A DNA stretch of 64,000 bases from Veleropilina oligotropha (taxonomy: Eukaryota), in contig JBEUKZ010000010.1 of the NCBI GenBank assembly GCA_048128005.1, positions 1-64,000 of the forward strand. The letters are read 5' to 3'. Under the pieces are notes generated by a model that was not told where the DNA came from, ran no database searches, and was given only the letters and a program-made list of their open reading frames with translations. The stretch's first letter is position 1, and each line of letters begins with the position of its first letter. This document shows positions 32,559-44,970 of the stretch, piece by piece. Position numbers and translations under genes: made by a program.

Positions 32559-34023
32559 GTGTCCTGATTGTAGCATATCATTGTCTAGACGTGATGCCTT
32601 GCTCAGACATTACAACCGAATACATGTCATGGCACCAATGGCATTATCACGTACAACATTACCGCAGATGCAGAATCCATCTCTGTCATCACCTCAGGCA
32701 CTGAATTTACCGCTGACGCAGGATAAGACACCACCCGCTGCCACCGACTACCGCCCATCGTCGCTGCACAACCCACCCCCATTTCAACTACAACATCCCT
32801 TTACCCTTATTGTATCGGGCCCAACATTCTCTGGAAAATCTTACTTTGTTAAAAATGTACTACTTCATGATCGCATATCCCCAGCACCGCAGAGAATTAT
32901 TTGGTTATACAAAAGATGGCAGCCGCTCTATGATGACATCAAAGCTAGTATTTCCGTTGAATTTATTCAAGGAATACCACAAGAGTTGGCAAATGATGAC
33001 TTCCTCGATCCCAGAATCAGAAATGTTATTGTACTGGATGACTTGATGTCTGCTAAAGACCCTTGTATAACTGATCTCTTCACAGAAGGTAGTCATCACA
33101 GAAATCTATCAGTTATAGCTATTAATCAAAACTTGTATTATTCTAAAGACCCTACGCAGAGAAGAAATTGTCAATACATGGTATTATTCAACAATCCAGT
33201 AGATAAGCAACTTATTATGAATTTGGCAAGACAAATGTACCCAAGAAATCCCGACAATCTCATGAAAAAATTTGACGAAGCAACGAAGATACCATATGGC
33301 TATATACTATTAGATTTTAAAGTGCTCACCGATGAAATTAATAGAATTCGTCCAAATGTATTTGAGAGAGATGAAGCCAATAATGTATCGAAAACGATTC
33401 TCACCAAACCCAGTGCATTGTGCGAACATTCACTGAATATGAATCCATCTATGAATCAGGTCGAAACAATGTCTGATCATTATTGCAGCAGTGATGACGA
33501 AGAAAACATGATATCATGTATTTATTGCGGCTCATTATTTGATAATAGTTCAAAATTACAAAAGCACTTAAGAGACTGGTGTCATAGGAATTCCAAAAAA
33601 CGAACATCTGGGGTGTTGGAAGAAAGCGACGAAGAATCAAAAGTGTTTGATGAGCTCATGAAAATAAGCCATGATCAAAATATGTCATTCTTCGAAGGAA
33701 AATATGACAAATATATCAAGCAGGGATTAAATCAACAAATTGCAGAGAAAAAAGCTAATGATAAAATAGATCTTGAAGATTTAATACAAGTTATGAATAA
33801 ATATAAACAAATTCTTCTATACATTGAAAGATTACGGGATGGAAGGGTTCATAATCGAGTCATGAGCAAAGTTGATGCCTACTTGAAACAGGGATATGGC
33901 ACGAAATCCTCTATTAATATAGCAGTGAAAAAGTGTCAATCCGAAATCGAATCATATTGGCAGTCAGAATCATCCTCTGAAGGTGAAGAATCAACAGAGA
34001 GCAACGAAAATATGGATGAATAA
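32551..34023 (+). CDS. C2H2 zinc finger - Polinton packaging ATPase - C2HC finger - helical domain fusion (right-arm copy)
   Basis: ATG at 32551 (490 aa). CPDC...HYNRIH finger, HPFTLIVSGPTFSGKS Walker A, VIVLDDLM Walker B, LFTEGSHHRNLSVIAINQNLY, CIYC...HLRDWC. AATAAA at and after the stop. Confidence 0.88.
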   Translation: MHKCPDCSISLSRRDALLRHYNRIHVMAPMALSRTTLPQMQNPSLSSPQALNLPLTQDKTPPAATDYRPSSLHNPPPFQLQHPFTLIVSGPTFSGKSYFVKNVLLHDRISPAPQRIIWLYKRWQPLYDDIKASISVEFIQGIPQELANDDFLDPRIRNVIVLDDLMSAKDPCITDLFTEGSHHRNLSVIAINQNLYYSKDPTQRRNCQYMVLFNNPVDKQLIMNLARQMYPRNPDNLMKKFDEATKIPYGYILLDFKVLTDEINRIRPNVFERDEANNVSKTILTKPSALCEHSLNMNPSMNQVETMSDHYCSSDDEENMISCIYCGSLFDNSSKLQKHLRDWCHRNSKKRTSGVLEESDEESKVFDELMKISHDQNMSFFEGKYDKYIKQGLNQQIAEKKANDKIDLEDLIQVMNKYKQILLYIERLRDGRVHNRVMSKVDAYLKQGYGTKSSINIAVKKCQSEIESYWQSESSSEGEESTESNENMDE

Positions 34024-36111
34024 ATATATTTTTGGAACAATAAAACAGATGCAACCCTAGTTTATGTGTTTTATGGTTATTTTATTGAAATTCAATCTTA
34101 TATTTTATTTAATAAATGGCAAATACACCGATTGTACCACTGAAAAATATCAGCTAATTTCTTGTTACTTTTCCGATCACATACCCTTCACACACCCACA
34201 ATAAGTAGTTATGAACAACTGTGATATACTAGGCACACATGAGTAAATATAGGCTACAACTTTAAGTTGATAAAATATATTAATATGACTAATAACGTAT
34301 CGTTTAAGTTACGAACGTGTGGCCCATGTAATTTGCTATTTACTGATTGGGCACCGTACTCTGTGTCTTGCTAGTTAAGTGATTGATACGTGAAATAAAA
34401 AACATAGTAGGGTGAAATGCTGTTAAGCAATGTAATATCATTTCAAAAGTGTGTGTCATACAGTCACTGTGTTTTCAGCAAATGGAAGACATGTCATTAA
34501 TATTCTATTACAAATATGTTGATATGTTGGAAAACCTATAGAACTATTAGATATCGGGACGTAGCACCGTTCATAATACTAACTAGCAATTGTCCGTGCT
34601 TTGTTCGGTTTTCGGGAGGAGCACTTTGTTTCGAAGTACGTATATATCGTAGTAGGAATGGGATATATTACTGGATTTTATCGAGGTTATCTGCGCCTTC
34701 GGCGATTTCGAATATGAATGAAAACTTTTTTGTCGCATATTAAATATAAATCAGGCGGACGTCGGAGAAGACAGTTTGCAAGTCTTAAGTTTGTTCGCGT
34801 TCCAATGTCATACCTAAATATAGAACGAACATATCAAGACAAGCGCTCGCATACATTCCAATCTGATGACTCATACGCTACACCGTGGGGATTTCCCGTG
34901 TGCACCAGGCGGGAAACGCTGACCCACCGGCGGCAGGCAGTGATGCAGGACCCCGGCGGCAGGCAGTGATGCAGGACCCCGGCGGCATATATATACATAT
35001 ATATATATCTTATTATTTATAATTGTATAATTATTGTGGAATTATATATCGAAAAAAAAATCATTTCACATAGTATAGGAAATTCTGGTGAAGGGATATC
35101 AACAGTTAAAGGTAAGCACATATATACATAGCAAAAATAGATCTACTTACCCTTACACTTGCACATTTCCGCCAATTTCCAACCGACATTCTTCTGCTGC
35201 TTGAATGTTTAGCATATTTTCAATGTTGATGCATATCCACTCTGACCATAATCCGAGGCTTTTATACCTAGCATTTTGTAACAACAGGCACACTAGAATC
35301 ATTGTTCAAATTTTAAAAAATATAGGATACGCCCACTGAAAATTTATGATGGAAAGTCTACCAATTTTATGATCAACATTATAATCGAAATTTCAAAAAT
35401 ATATAGGACACACCCTCTGGAAAATTATGATAGAAATTCTATTGATACAAGAATAAAGTATAATAGAAATCCCATTAACAAAAGACACACCCACTGGAAA
35501 TTTATAACAGAAAAGTGATTGACAGGTATATAGGATACACACTCTGAAAACTTATGATAGAAATTATATTGACAAGAATAAAGTATAATAGAAATCCCAT
35601 TAACAAAAGACACACCCACTGGAAATTTATAACAGAAAAGTGATTGACAGATATAGGCCACACCCCCTGAAAATTTATGGACGAAAAGTGATTGACAGAT
35701 ATAGGCCACACCCCCTGAAAATTTATAGCGGAAATTCCGCTATACAGCCAACTATTCATGAACTAATAGATCAAGAACATGCCCATACATGTCTTGGCTA
35801 TATATATATAATACAATATCACCATCAAGTATTGACTCGGAATCCCATTAATTTATTAAAACATGTCTGGCATGGAAAATAAATATCTATCTACAAATTT
35901 TATTATCCTTATTCCATATAGATTATTACATTTGACAGGCAGGTGGTCCTTTTGTCTCAGTAGACAATGACTCAGGGATAGTGGGAGGTCACCACAAGGT
36001 CACCCATACCCTCGCTAGACACGCCCCCTGACCTACATTCAAGGGCACCTCGGGGTCATCCAAAGGTCAAAAGGTCAATTGTTTTAAATAGGCATGTATA
36101 CTACTTAAGGT

Positions 36112-36707
36112 AAGTAAGACAGGATATAGAAATCAAGATAAATACGTTGTCGAGCAACGTCTTGGTAAACACGGTGAATTGAATACCACCTAACGTTAAA
36201 CCACTCTGCTATAGCCTCGTGGTTTAACGTTAGGCGGTATTCAATACACAGTGTTTACCAGGACGTCGCTCGATAACTTATATTACCTTGATTTCGCCGC
36301 GAATCCTCTGTTCTGATTGACTGACGTCATTTTGTTAATTGGCCGTGAACCACGGCCAGGCGTGGTTCATGGATCCTTGTTCCATGGTGACGTCATTTCT
36401 CGGCGAATCCTATGTTCTGATTGGCTAACTGGCCGTCAATGGAAATAACTCGGCCTTACTGAAACCGTCGATTGCATTGCAAATGGCTGCTATGATCATA
36501 TATAACAAGTGTTATGAACCAAATCGGGACTCTGTTAATCAAACCTCACGGTAAGAAATCATGGTAAATACGTTGTCGAACAACGTCTTGGTAGACACGG
36601 TGGATTGAATACCGCATAACATTAAACCACTCGGCTAGCGCCTCGAAGTTTAACTTTATGCGGTATTCAAACCACCGGGTTTACCGCGACGTCGTTCCAC
36701 AACTTAT
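36112..36707 (+). repeat. 3' half of the split family-A element (36112-36281) followed by a complete copy (36283-36707)
   Basis: Two long terminal palindromes. The second has tip CTCGGCTAGCGCCTCG at 36630-36645. High similarity to 18018-18428. Confidence 0.8.
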
Positions 36708-39700
36708 ATTATTACCCGTCGCCATGGAGATCGAAGAGCACTTGATCGGTTATCCCAGGAACAGCGATTAGGGGAAATGTGCTCGTGTAGTTGTCTGCTC
36801 ACTCAAATATTAATAAATGTATTGCAATTTATTGGCTGGACTCGTTCTGAAAATATGAAAACAACAACGCTGTACCAATAATAGTTATTTTAAGATCATA
36901 TTATATATTGTACACCATTTGACGTTGAACCCCTCGGCCCTCCTAACGCCATGTGTGTACAGTGTAGGCCTCCCGTAACTTCCGGCGACCGTAGTGCAAC
37001 CAGCAATGGCAGCAAAATTTGCAGTTAGTTGTATTTTATGGAAATGTCATCTGTCTGTAGACGCCACCTCGGCCTAGCATCTCATTTTTCGAAGGACAGT
37101 TGACGGATTTTAAACCATCTCTTTTTAAGTGTTAACTAGAATAAACAGCACCGGAGATAGAATTGAACCAGCATTCTTCCGTCCAACATTGTAACATTTG
37201 AGCTATCGAGGATAGTTCCATCCGCGCAGTGGTTACCTCAGTGATGATTACTGGAGTGACTTTAATGGTCCGGCTCTGAGAGTAATTCTTACCATAATGA
37301 CTTCTGGCGATTCGCTCAAATGACCGTTCGTCATAACCAGTGACTTAATTAGTCTTGATCGAAATACGTGCACATAAGAGGTGACGAAGTAATACAGAAT
37401 TTTCTTACGATAATTGGGAAGCAATTCCTAAATTATCACAATTTGTGCAACAAGTCATGAAAATCTTGTATCTTGTATTATATCTATACCAAAGTCATAA
37501 ATATATAATTATATGTATCTATAGATATTGGTACAATATGAAGAAACGAGGCTATTTGAATTTTCACCCGTTACGGGATTTCTTATTCCAAAATTGATTA
37601 ATGTTGCATGGTGTCTAAAATATCAGATAATAATATTATAGTACAACATTATTTTGAATGTGTCGTATTCTTCATTTGATAAGATCATGATACAAAGATG
37701 ATACCTTTATAATATATTCAGATCTACTTAGGCCTAAGCATATCTTAGAATATCTTCTCTTCATATGCTTACCAAGCTCATATCATTATAAGATACACAT
37801 CCCATATAATAAGGTGAACACATAATGTATCTGGTATTGAGCAATGACCATTTGTTCGCGTTGACAGTAGGTCAGTGCTATCTCTTTCATTGGCTCGAGG
37901 GGCACCCATGAATCCCTCCAAGACTCCTCACTGTTTTCAGCCGCTTGGAAGTGGACGTTGTCCAGATTGCACCGTGTCAGCTGCCAACTTGAGTTATTAT
38001 CACGGAGATGTATCTCCTACTGCCCACTGGCCATCGGTTCATTGACCGTTTACCGCTCCGGCCGTGCTGTGGTAAATATTAGTTCTCGAGCAAAAACAGA
38101 CATTTGACGTTATTTATGTCCCACTTGTGTATTTACACTTATGTGTATATCTATCTACTTTCGATGAAGTGTGTTTCCGGACAAATCATTATCTGGTAAC
38201 GTACAACGCTGTCACGTAACGTACGTCCCGACAAAGAGAGAGAGAGACGGGATGACCCGCTGACTGAGAACATGGGGCGCCAAGAATGCTAGATCACTAT
38301 CAAACACGCTATGGATTCTAATTAACTTCGCCCACATATATAGTGACGGGTGAGGGGTATTGAGTCGGTTTGAATACCTGTCTGTCTGTTTGCGGCTATT
38401 TCTCGGTATCGGCTTGTCTAATTCCTTTCAAATTTCCACTCAAGGCTAATTAAGTATGCCCATAAGCTTGAATATACCAAAATATTGTCGCAAACGGATT
38501 CGGATTTATGACGTTATTTCCGGTTTTTGTCTTGTTATAGTATTGTTTTACAAAGCTATAGCGTAAAGGACGATCCAACGATTATCCGGTTTCGAGTGGA
38601 ATGGAGTTCCGACATAGATGCAATGCGGAGTTTTCACGAAACATATTTTCAATGGTAAAATCACTCGTTAAGTTCGAAGTCTATACAGCAAGGCTAATCG
38701 GTCGATGTCGACCGGGATACACAGGGTTCTCTTCGATGTTTTCATTTCATCCCTATACATGTAACGGTATCGCCAATTTATACCCACAAGTTGATCCCTC
38801 GATTATCTCGCATTTAATACTTTATTTTATGGTAAGCATGTCAGCACCTCTCCTAGGCGAGTAGGCCTACCACAGAGTGAAATGATAACATTCCTTTCGA
38901 GAATGTGTTGAAGTTTGCTAGGTGAAAATGTGTTCCAAAAAGTTTAGGAATGAACTATCAATTTTATTCAGGTTAAAACACGGAAGAACATGCGGTCGGT
39001 TTCGCGAGGTGTTTTACATCACGATAATCGGCACTCTCCAGTCAGTTAGAGTAAGAATATACTTATATCCATGTATGGTAGCGAAATGACGTTTCTGCGT
39101 ACGAGAGTGGAAGATCGGTGATCAGTTCACAACCTGCCATTATGTTAATTTCAGATAATCGTGAACAACTGCAATATAGGTCTAACTCACGTTTCTTATC
39201 ATTTCTGGGCGACTTTCATGACCCAATTGTCAAGTAAATAATTATCTATTCCATATGTTTGCGCATATATAATTATATATAGTTTTCAATGACGCGTCAT
39301 CATGTTGCAAAGTATTATATGGATCACGGTGCGAACTCCTGATTGCCACTTATATTGTAAAACCGTCCGACCGAGTAGAGACGTTAAACTGGTGTATCGT
39401 TCTTTCTGATTGCAATCATGTGAATTTCTATAACGACATATATGAAATGGTCAACATGACATCGGTTTTTCATTTGGACAATGCACATGTCTTTATATTT
39501 TCGGCATTACTATGATGAATCTATATTGGACAAGCTTGCCTTCTTTATTTCGTTCTTTCCTATTTCCTGTCAGGAAAGATTGGACTTCTGCTGTGAAGGT
39601 CGGTGTCAACGGTTTATGCTGCGACATGCACTTCCAATTTGATATGGGTGACAGACAACAGTTCTGATAACGACGGTAATTGAGCCCCGGGGTTATTTAA

Positions 39701-42700
39701 CTGTCAAAGAAATTGTGCAAGACTGCCTTTCGAAAATATAGTAAACATTTATATTACATTCTTATAAACAATTCGTTCAAAATGTTTACCGGATATACAA
39801 ACATTCGCCCAGGATTATGTAATAGTCTGGTTGAAGGAAATTTATATGACCTGGATAGGAAACTTAAAAACCCCATTAATACTCGCATAATCAACAACGG
39901 ACATAAGTCATTTACTCTTTGAATATGTTCACACATGCCTCATCAATTGATGCTTATAATGTCTTAAGTGTGTTGCCATCTTCTGGCAAATGTTCACAAA
40001 CTCTTGATCGAGTAGCTTTCTTTGCAAATGATCCAAACTGAAATAGCCGCTGTGTTTAATAAATTTAATACCTCTGGCGCTTGCGGCTTACAACTGGAGT
40101 TTGCTTTTCAACACAAAAATGCGCGTAGAAGACATATGGCGCATTCTTTGCGTTTTTGCCCGCGAATTCTGCGAGTGACCTCTAACCAGTAGCAAAAAAC
40201 GCATCGTTTTAATCTTCACGCGCGTTTAAGGGACAACCTGCATGCTCGCTCATTACAGACTGAGATAATTCCAGGAACCAACCATTGGACGGACCCAGTC
40301 GAAATCGCCAGGTCTTTGGTCCAGCTTCCGCAAATGCTGCAGGTTTGTGTAGTGTATTTATATTACTTGAATTTCAGGAACTGATAAAAACGACCTCTGG
40401 CTGTTTTGATAATGCGGCCCCAACCCCGTGTGGTTACGCTATCATATGGCATCTCCTCTTAGCGGTCATTTGGCCCCGGTCATTCGTAAACACAAGATTG
40501 TCCCCAATATTGGAAATTAACAGTAAACGTGTGTAAACATATTCAAACACTGACCCTAGTTTAGGGATATTATCTTACATCTTGATGGTCCCTCGAAACC
40601 ATTGGCCAGTAGATTTCGCGTGAAATATGAGAATAACAGCCAGAACGACATCATCGAGAGACAGAGCAGTTGATTCGTAGTCTGCAGGGAAAACGCTGAC
40701 GCGATACAAAGCAATTATAGCCTCCACTCTCATAAACACATCCTACAAGATAGCCAGATTGATCATTAACTCATCAAACAGATATCAAGGTAAGATAACT
40801 TATCGTCTTATTCTTCCTAATATATAGGTTGCTGCAGAGTTTACTATTTTTGCATCTACAAATAAATTATGCTGGCAGTTCTTGAACTCCAGCGTTGTTT
40901 CTTTGATTATGATATAATACGAATGGAAAATAGTTCCATATGGTAAACCTAACTTTGGAACCGTGATAACGGTCCCTTTTCACCTGTTTGTTGTTGTTTT
41001 ATCTTTGATAAGCATCAATAATGCTATTGTAACATATTATAAGTTCGGGTTGATGTGCCTTACAGGCTTTGTATTTTAGGCAAATAAGCGATGCATGAAC
41101 CGCGTATGTTGCTAGAGCATAGTGAGAGTCAACAGTTGCAAAAACCATTCCTGCAATTGTAAGTCTTCTGTCTCGTGGATTTCAGTAACCTAATAGTCGC
41201 TTAGCATAAAAAATCTTGAAAAAGAAGGATGAGTTGCTAGTGCATTGCGCTTGGTCAAAGAAATTTACACTCTTTGTGTGTCACTTTTGGGATAAAATGG
41301 AATATTTCGGTCGGCGTTGATGGATACGTCGGCAGGGAACTCTGTTTGACCCGCCAAAGACACGAGGGGCTAGTCAAACATGATTGATGGTAATGACCAT
41401 TCTTAACTTATCTCATTCCCAGGTAGTGAACGATATATGCGTTACGACAGAAGATCTCTTCCGAAAGAAATTTATACATAGATTTGTCATACGATAACGT
41501 CACTTAAAATTAGATAACAGACGTAGCATGTCAAATAAACTGCGTTATGTAAGAATCTGGTTTATATCTATGTGCGTATTTTATGAATTTGAAACCATGT
41601 GAAATCAAAATTTCGTACTGAACAGACATCACGTTACATCCTTGTTTACATCGCTTGAGGTATCCATGACAACCATTATCAGACATAATCTACCATTCCT
41701 GAAACGTAAACACGTGCAGGTGCATGAAGATTCCACTGGGGCGTAATATGAGACTGCGATCGGCAATGTCTAAAGTGAAGTAATTACAGTGACATTTACG
41801 CAAACCGTTGCGAAGATTGCAATGGTGCATCGTATGGTAACTTGCTTAGTACACAAATGACGAATAGTCATTTTCAGAGAAAGAAGGTGAACAAGTGTTG
41901 ATATATGACGTCAATGGTATCACACAAAATGTATATTTCAGTGATTACTTGCCTTTAGATGTTTTAATGTGATATATTGATATTTCGCATAAGATCGCAC
42001 GTTGTCAAGTGCCTAAAATGGAGGAATTGTCCTGGTTATATCACATCTATACAGTCTGTGTGCGTAAATTTCGAAAGAATAAAGTGTACGATAAATAAAA
42101 ATTATATTCAGCTTTGTTTTCGGCATTGCTTTTCTACTTAGATAATTCTGAAATTAAGTTTTGAAATCATTACAACCGCCGTCAATATATTTATTTGTAA
42201 AGTCCATACTTTGAAATGATCGTCTTACTAATGTTTGGAATGTAGTTGTACCAAATATCATAATTAGCAATTTACATTTTCAAGAAAGTAATGTAATTTA
42301 TTCATCTCCAATATTCATGCACATTTTCTCACAAAGATACGTCTCTTAATTTATTGCTTGACCGCGGTCATTGGGGTCCGTCTTTAGATTACCAGGAAAT
42401 GCGAATTTCCATTATGTTTTTGCAAGTCGTCTACTGGGGTGTGGTATGGCTGCTTCTATCTGTTAATAGAGTGTAAATTATCCGTGCCAGGTGTTTGAAG
42501 AGGATCTTTATGAGGAGGGTAGCTGGTGGCGACCACGCGGATATGACGGTTCACTTTGTTAATGGGTAACAGAGACTTCTGCACGCTCGTTTGAACATCA
42601 TCAAATTGTCGACTCGCAAAGACCATATGGTCAAGTAATATATCTCAAGAGAAATATGCATGTTCAAAACTTATATCGCACCAAAGATCTATAAGGACAT

Positions 42701-43971
42701 TGGTGTATTCTCCGAATGCATCAGATATATTCAGAAAATACACCAAACAGTCATATCACTACACTTGATAAGGTAGTTTCCTTTGCAAAATACTGTTAGA
42801 ATCAGATGGAAATGAAAAGAGAACAAAATAGGTATAGATTTTCCTTTTTTCCACATGCTTTTTAGCATGCTTATTCAGTAGCATATGTCATAAAGATACA
42901 TTAGAACGCTAATGATTTTATTTATTTGTAAAGCTGTCTTTTCCTAAGTTAATGCAAATTTCGTTTTCTGTTACGTTCTGTTCAACGGGTCACTATATAT
43001 ACAGTAATATAAACACAGACTTGTCAGTTTATATGTTGGGTGTGACGGGAGAATGCAAAGTACACGATATCGTATTATCTCCCATCGCCACGAATGGGTG
43101 TGTGAATGGTATCGTAGATAAAGAGAAACCAACGTGATCGTGCGTAATAGCTAAACTTTAATTATGTGTGTTGTTGCGGTGTATGTTTTTGCTTATGGAA
43201 TGTGTCGAACCATATTTCTTGTAAAATACTGTCATATTATTGCAGAACTTAAACATGAAATCCTTAATTTAGTGGTCTATAATCTTGTTCGCAAATTGTA
43301 TTGGCATGTTTTGGCCACCAACAACAACAGAGAGACAATGCATGGTCCCCAATTCTATGACCAACTGTTCTCTATTAAGCGTTGGCGATATCGTGTGGTG
43401 ATCTTGAACTTGTTGGCTTTTCACACGTGCTAATAATAATCTCTTGGAATCCCACTGCAACTACCGTCGCGGAATATTACTCACATAGCCAGAAGAGGAA
43501 GTTCCAAAATGACATTTGTCGTATTTGATTTCTTCGTAACGCGAACCATTTCTCATCTCTTGGGTTTGCTTCCGACGCACACAATGCACATTTAGCAGCG
43601 TCGAATAGGAAATGTTGCTAATTTTGTAAACAAAGAACTTCAATATACTTGATAAATCATAATGTATGTTGCAAAATTAAATTGAGATTGTTTCAACTTG
43701 TGAGGGACCACCATCAATTCTATTTGTGTGAAACAAATACAAATTTTGATTTCTACTGATGGGATTTCAAATCCTACCAGGAGGCAGTACAATTTTGATA
43801 CATACCGGCAGAAATCCAAATGGCAATCATTAATGGTTCGTACTACGTAGGATTTAAAACCCTACCAGATTTTAACATATACCATGACATTTGCATCTGC
43901 TTATTTGGACCTGGATGTTTGGTTACCTCAACCACTGGAATAAACAACGACCATTTGCTTTCGTATACCTT

Positions 43972-44293
43972 ATAATAATAATAATAATACTCCGGTCTTA
44001 TATAGCGCATTATTACGCTAGTGTCTCAATGCGCTGAACATTATTACCCCTGGTTATGGGCCTTTTCCATTTGATATGCCATCTCAACTCCCTCTGGGAG
44101 CATTGCAGTCATTTACACGCGGGTAGCGCCGTGACTTACATAACTGCCAACCAGGTACCCATTCAGATCGGCTGGGTGGACCGAGGCAAATATATGCTTA
44201 TTTCCTTGCCCAAGTGAAATCGTCGAGCCTTGGGGGCGAACTCGAGACTCTGTGACCAGAGTCCTGTGAACAACCCACTGAGCCACGACGGCA
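43972..44293 (-). mobile_element. tRNA-derived SINE (second family) with (TTA)n tail
   Basis: On the minus strand: A-box-like gtggctcagtgg, B-box-like gagttcgcc, conserved ttgggcaagg...gtccacccagc...aatgggtacctgg and a microsatellite tail. Confidence 0.75.
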
Positions 44294-44733
44294 TATATAC
44301 TCGAATATACTCGATAAGCTTGGTCAAAGAATGTGAATGTAGATATACCATTATAGCAGAGGAAATAAAATACATTTAGGAATAATATGATTTTCTTGCA
44401 TTATGTTTAATCGGTGCCAGATTTCCATATAATGGCCAGTGCACTCTACGTCCCTCATTTGTACCGTGTGCTCTTTAACAAGAGTCTCGTCTTTGGAATT
44501 AGGTCATTCGAGTCCATCTGGAGTGACTTTAGCGGCTAATATATCATAAACAATGACAGTCCTCGGAGTCCGAATAATAATAACAGCATAGATGAAATAA
44601 TTTCCTTTTGACAAATGTCGTGTGTCACGAAGTGCATCACAACAGTTTTCCTGAAAATATCACAAATTTATTTACAAATATATTATTTGATTCTGCAAAG
44701 TTTCTTGAAACATGGGTTCGTCTGTCTTTAAAG

Positions 44734-44970
44734 TACTAAGTAATATAAATTACTAAGTAATATAAATTACTAAGTAATATAAATTACTAAGTAATATAAA
44801 TTACTAAGTAATATAAATTACTAAGTAATATAAATTACTAAGTAATATAAATTACTAAGTAATATAAATTACTAAGTAATATAAATTACTAAGTAATATA
44901 AATTACTAAGTAATATAAATTATTAAGTAATATAAATTACTAAGTAATATAAATTACTAAGTAATATAAA
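44734..44970. repeat. 17-bp minisatellite (TACTAAGTAATATAAAT)x~14
   Basis: Direct near-perfect tandem units. Confidence 0.97.

Larger units (their letters stand above)
27579..36105. mobile_element. Palindromic non-autonomous Polinton/Maverick derivative (8527 bp, ~4.1-kb inverted arms plus central core, 6-bp TSD TAAGGT)
   Basis: Termini AGTAGTATAC...GTATACTACT. TAAGGT at 27573-27578 and 36106-36111. Mirrored ORF coordinates sum to 63684. Encodes a Polinton-type ATPase. Confidence 0.92.

Noticed and set aside
27579..36105. Palindrome as a pure assembly or chimeric-read artefact
   Set aside because: The 6-bp TSD, Polinton termini, non-mirrored but contiguous flanks and small arm and centre differences argue for a real insertion. 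Read-level confirmation is still needed.
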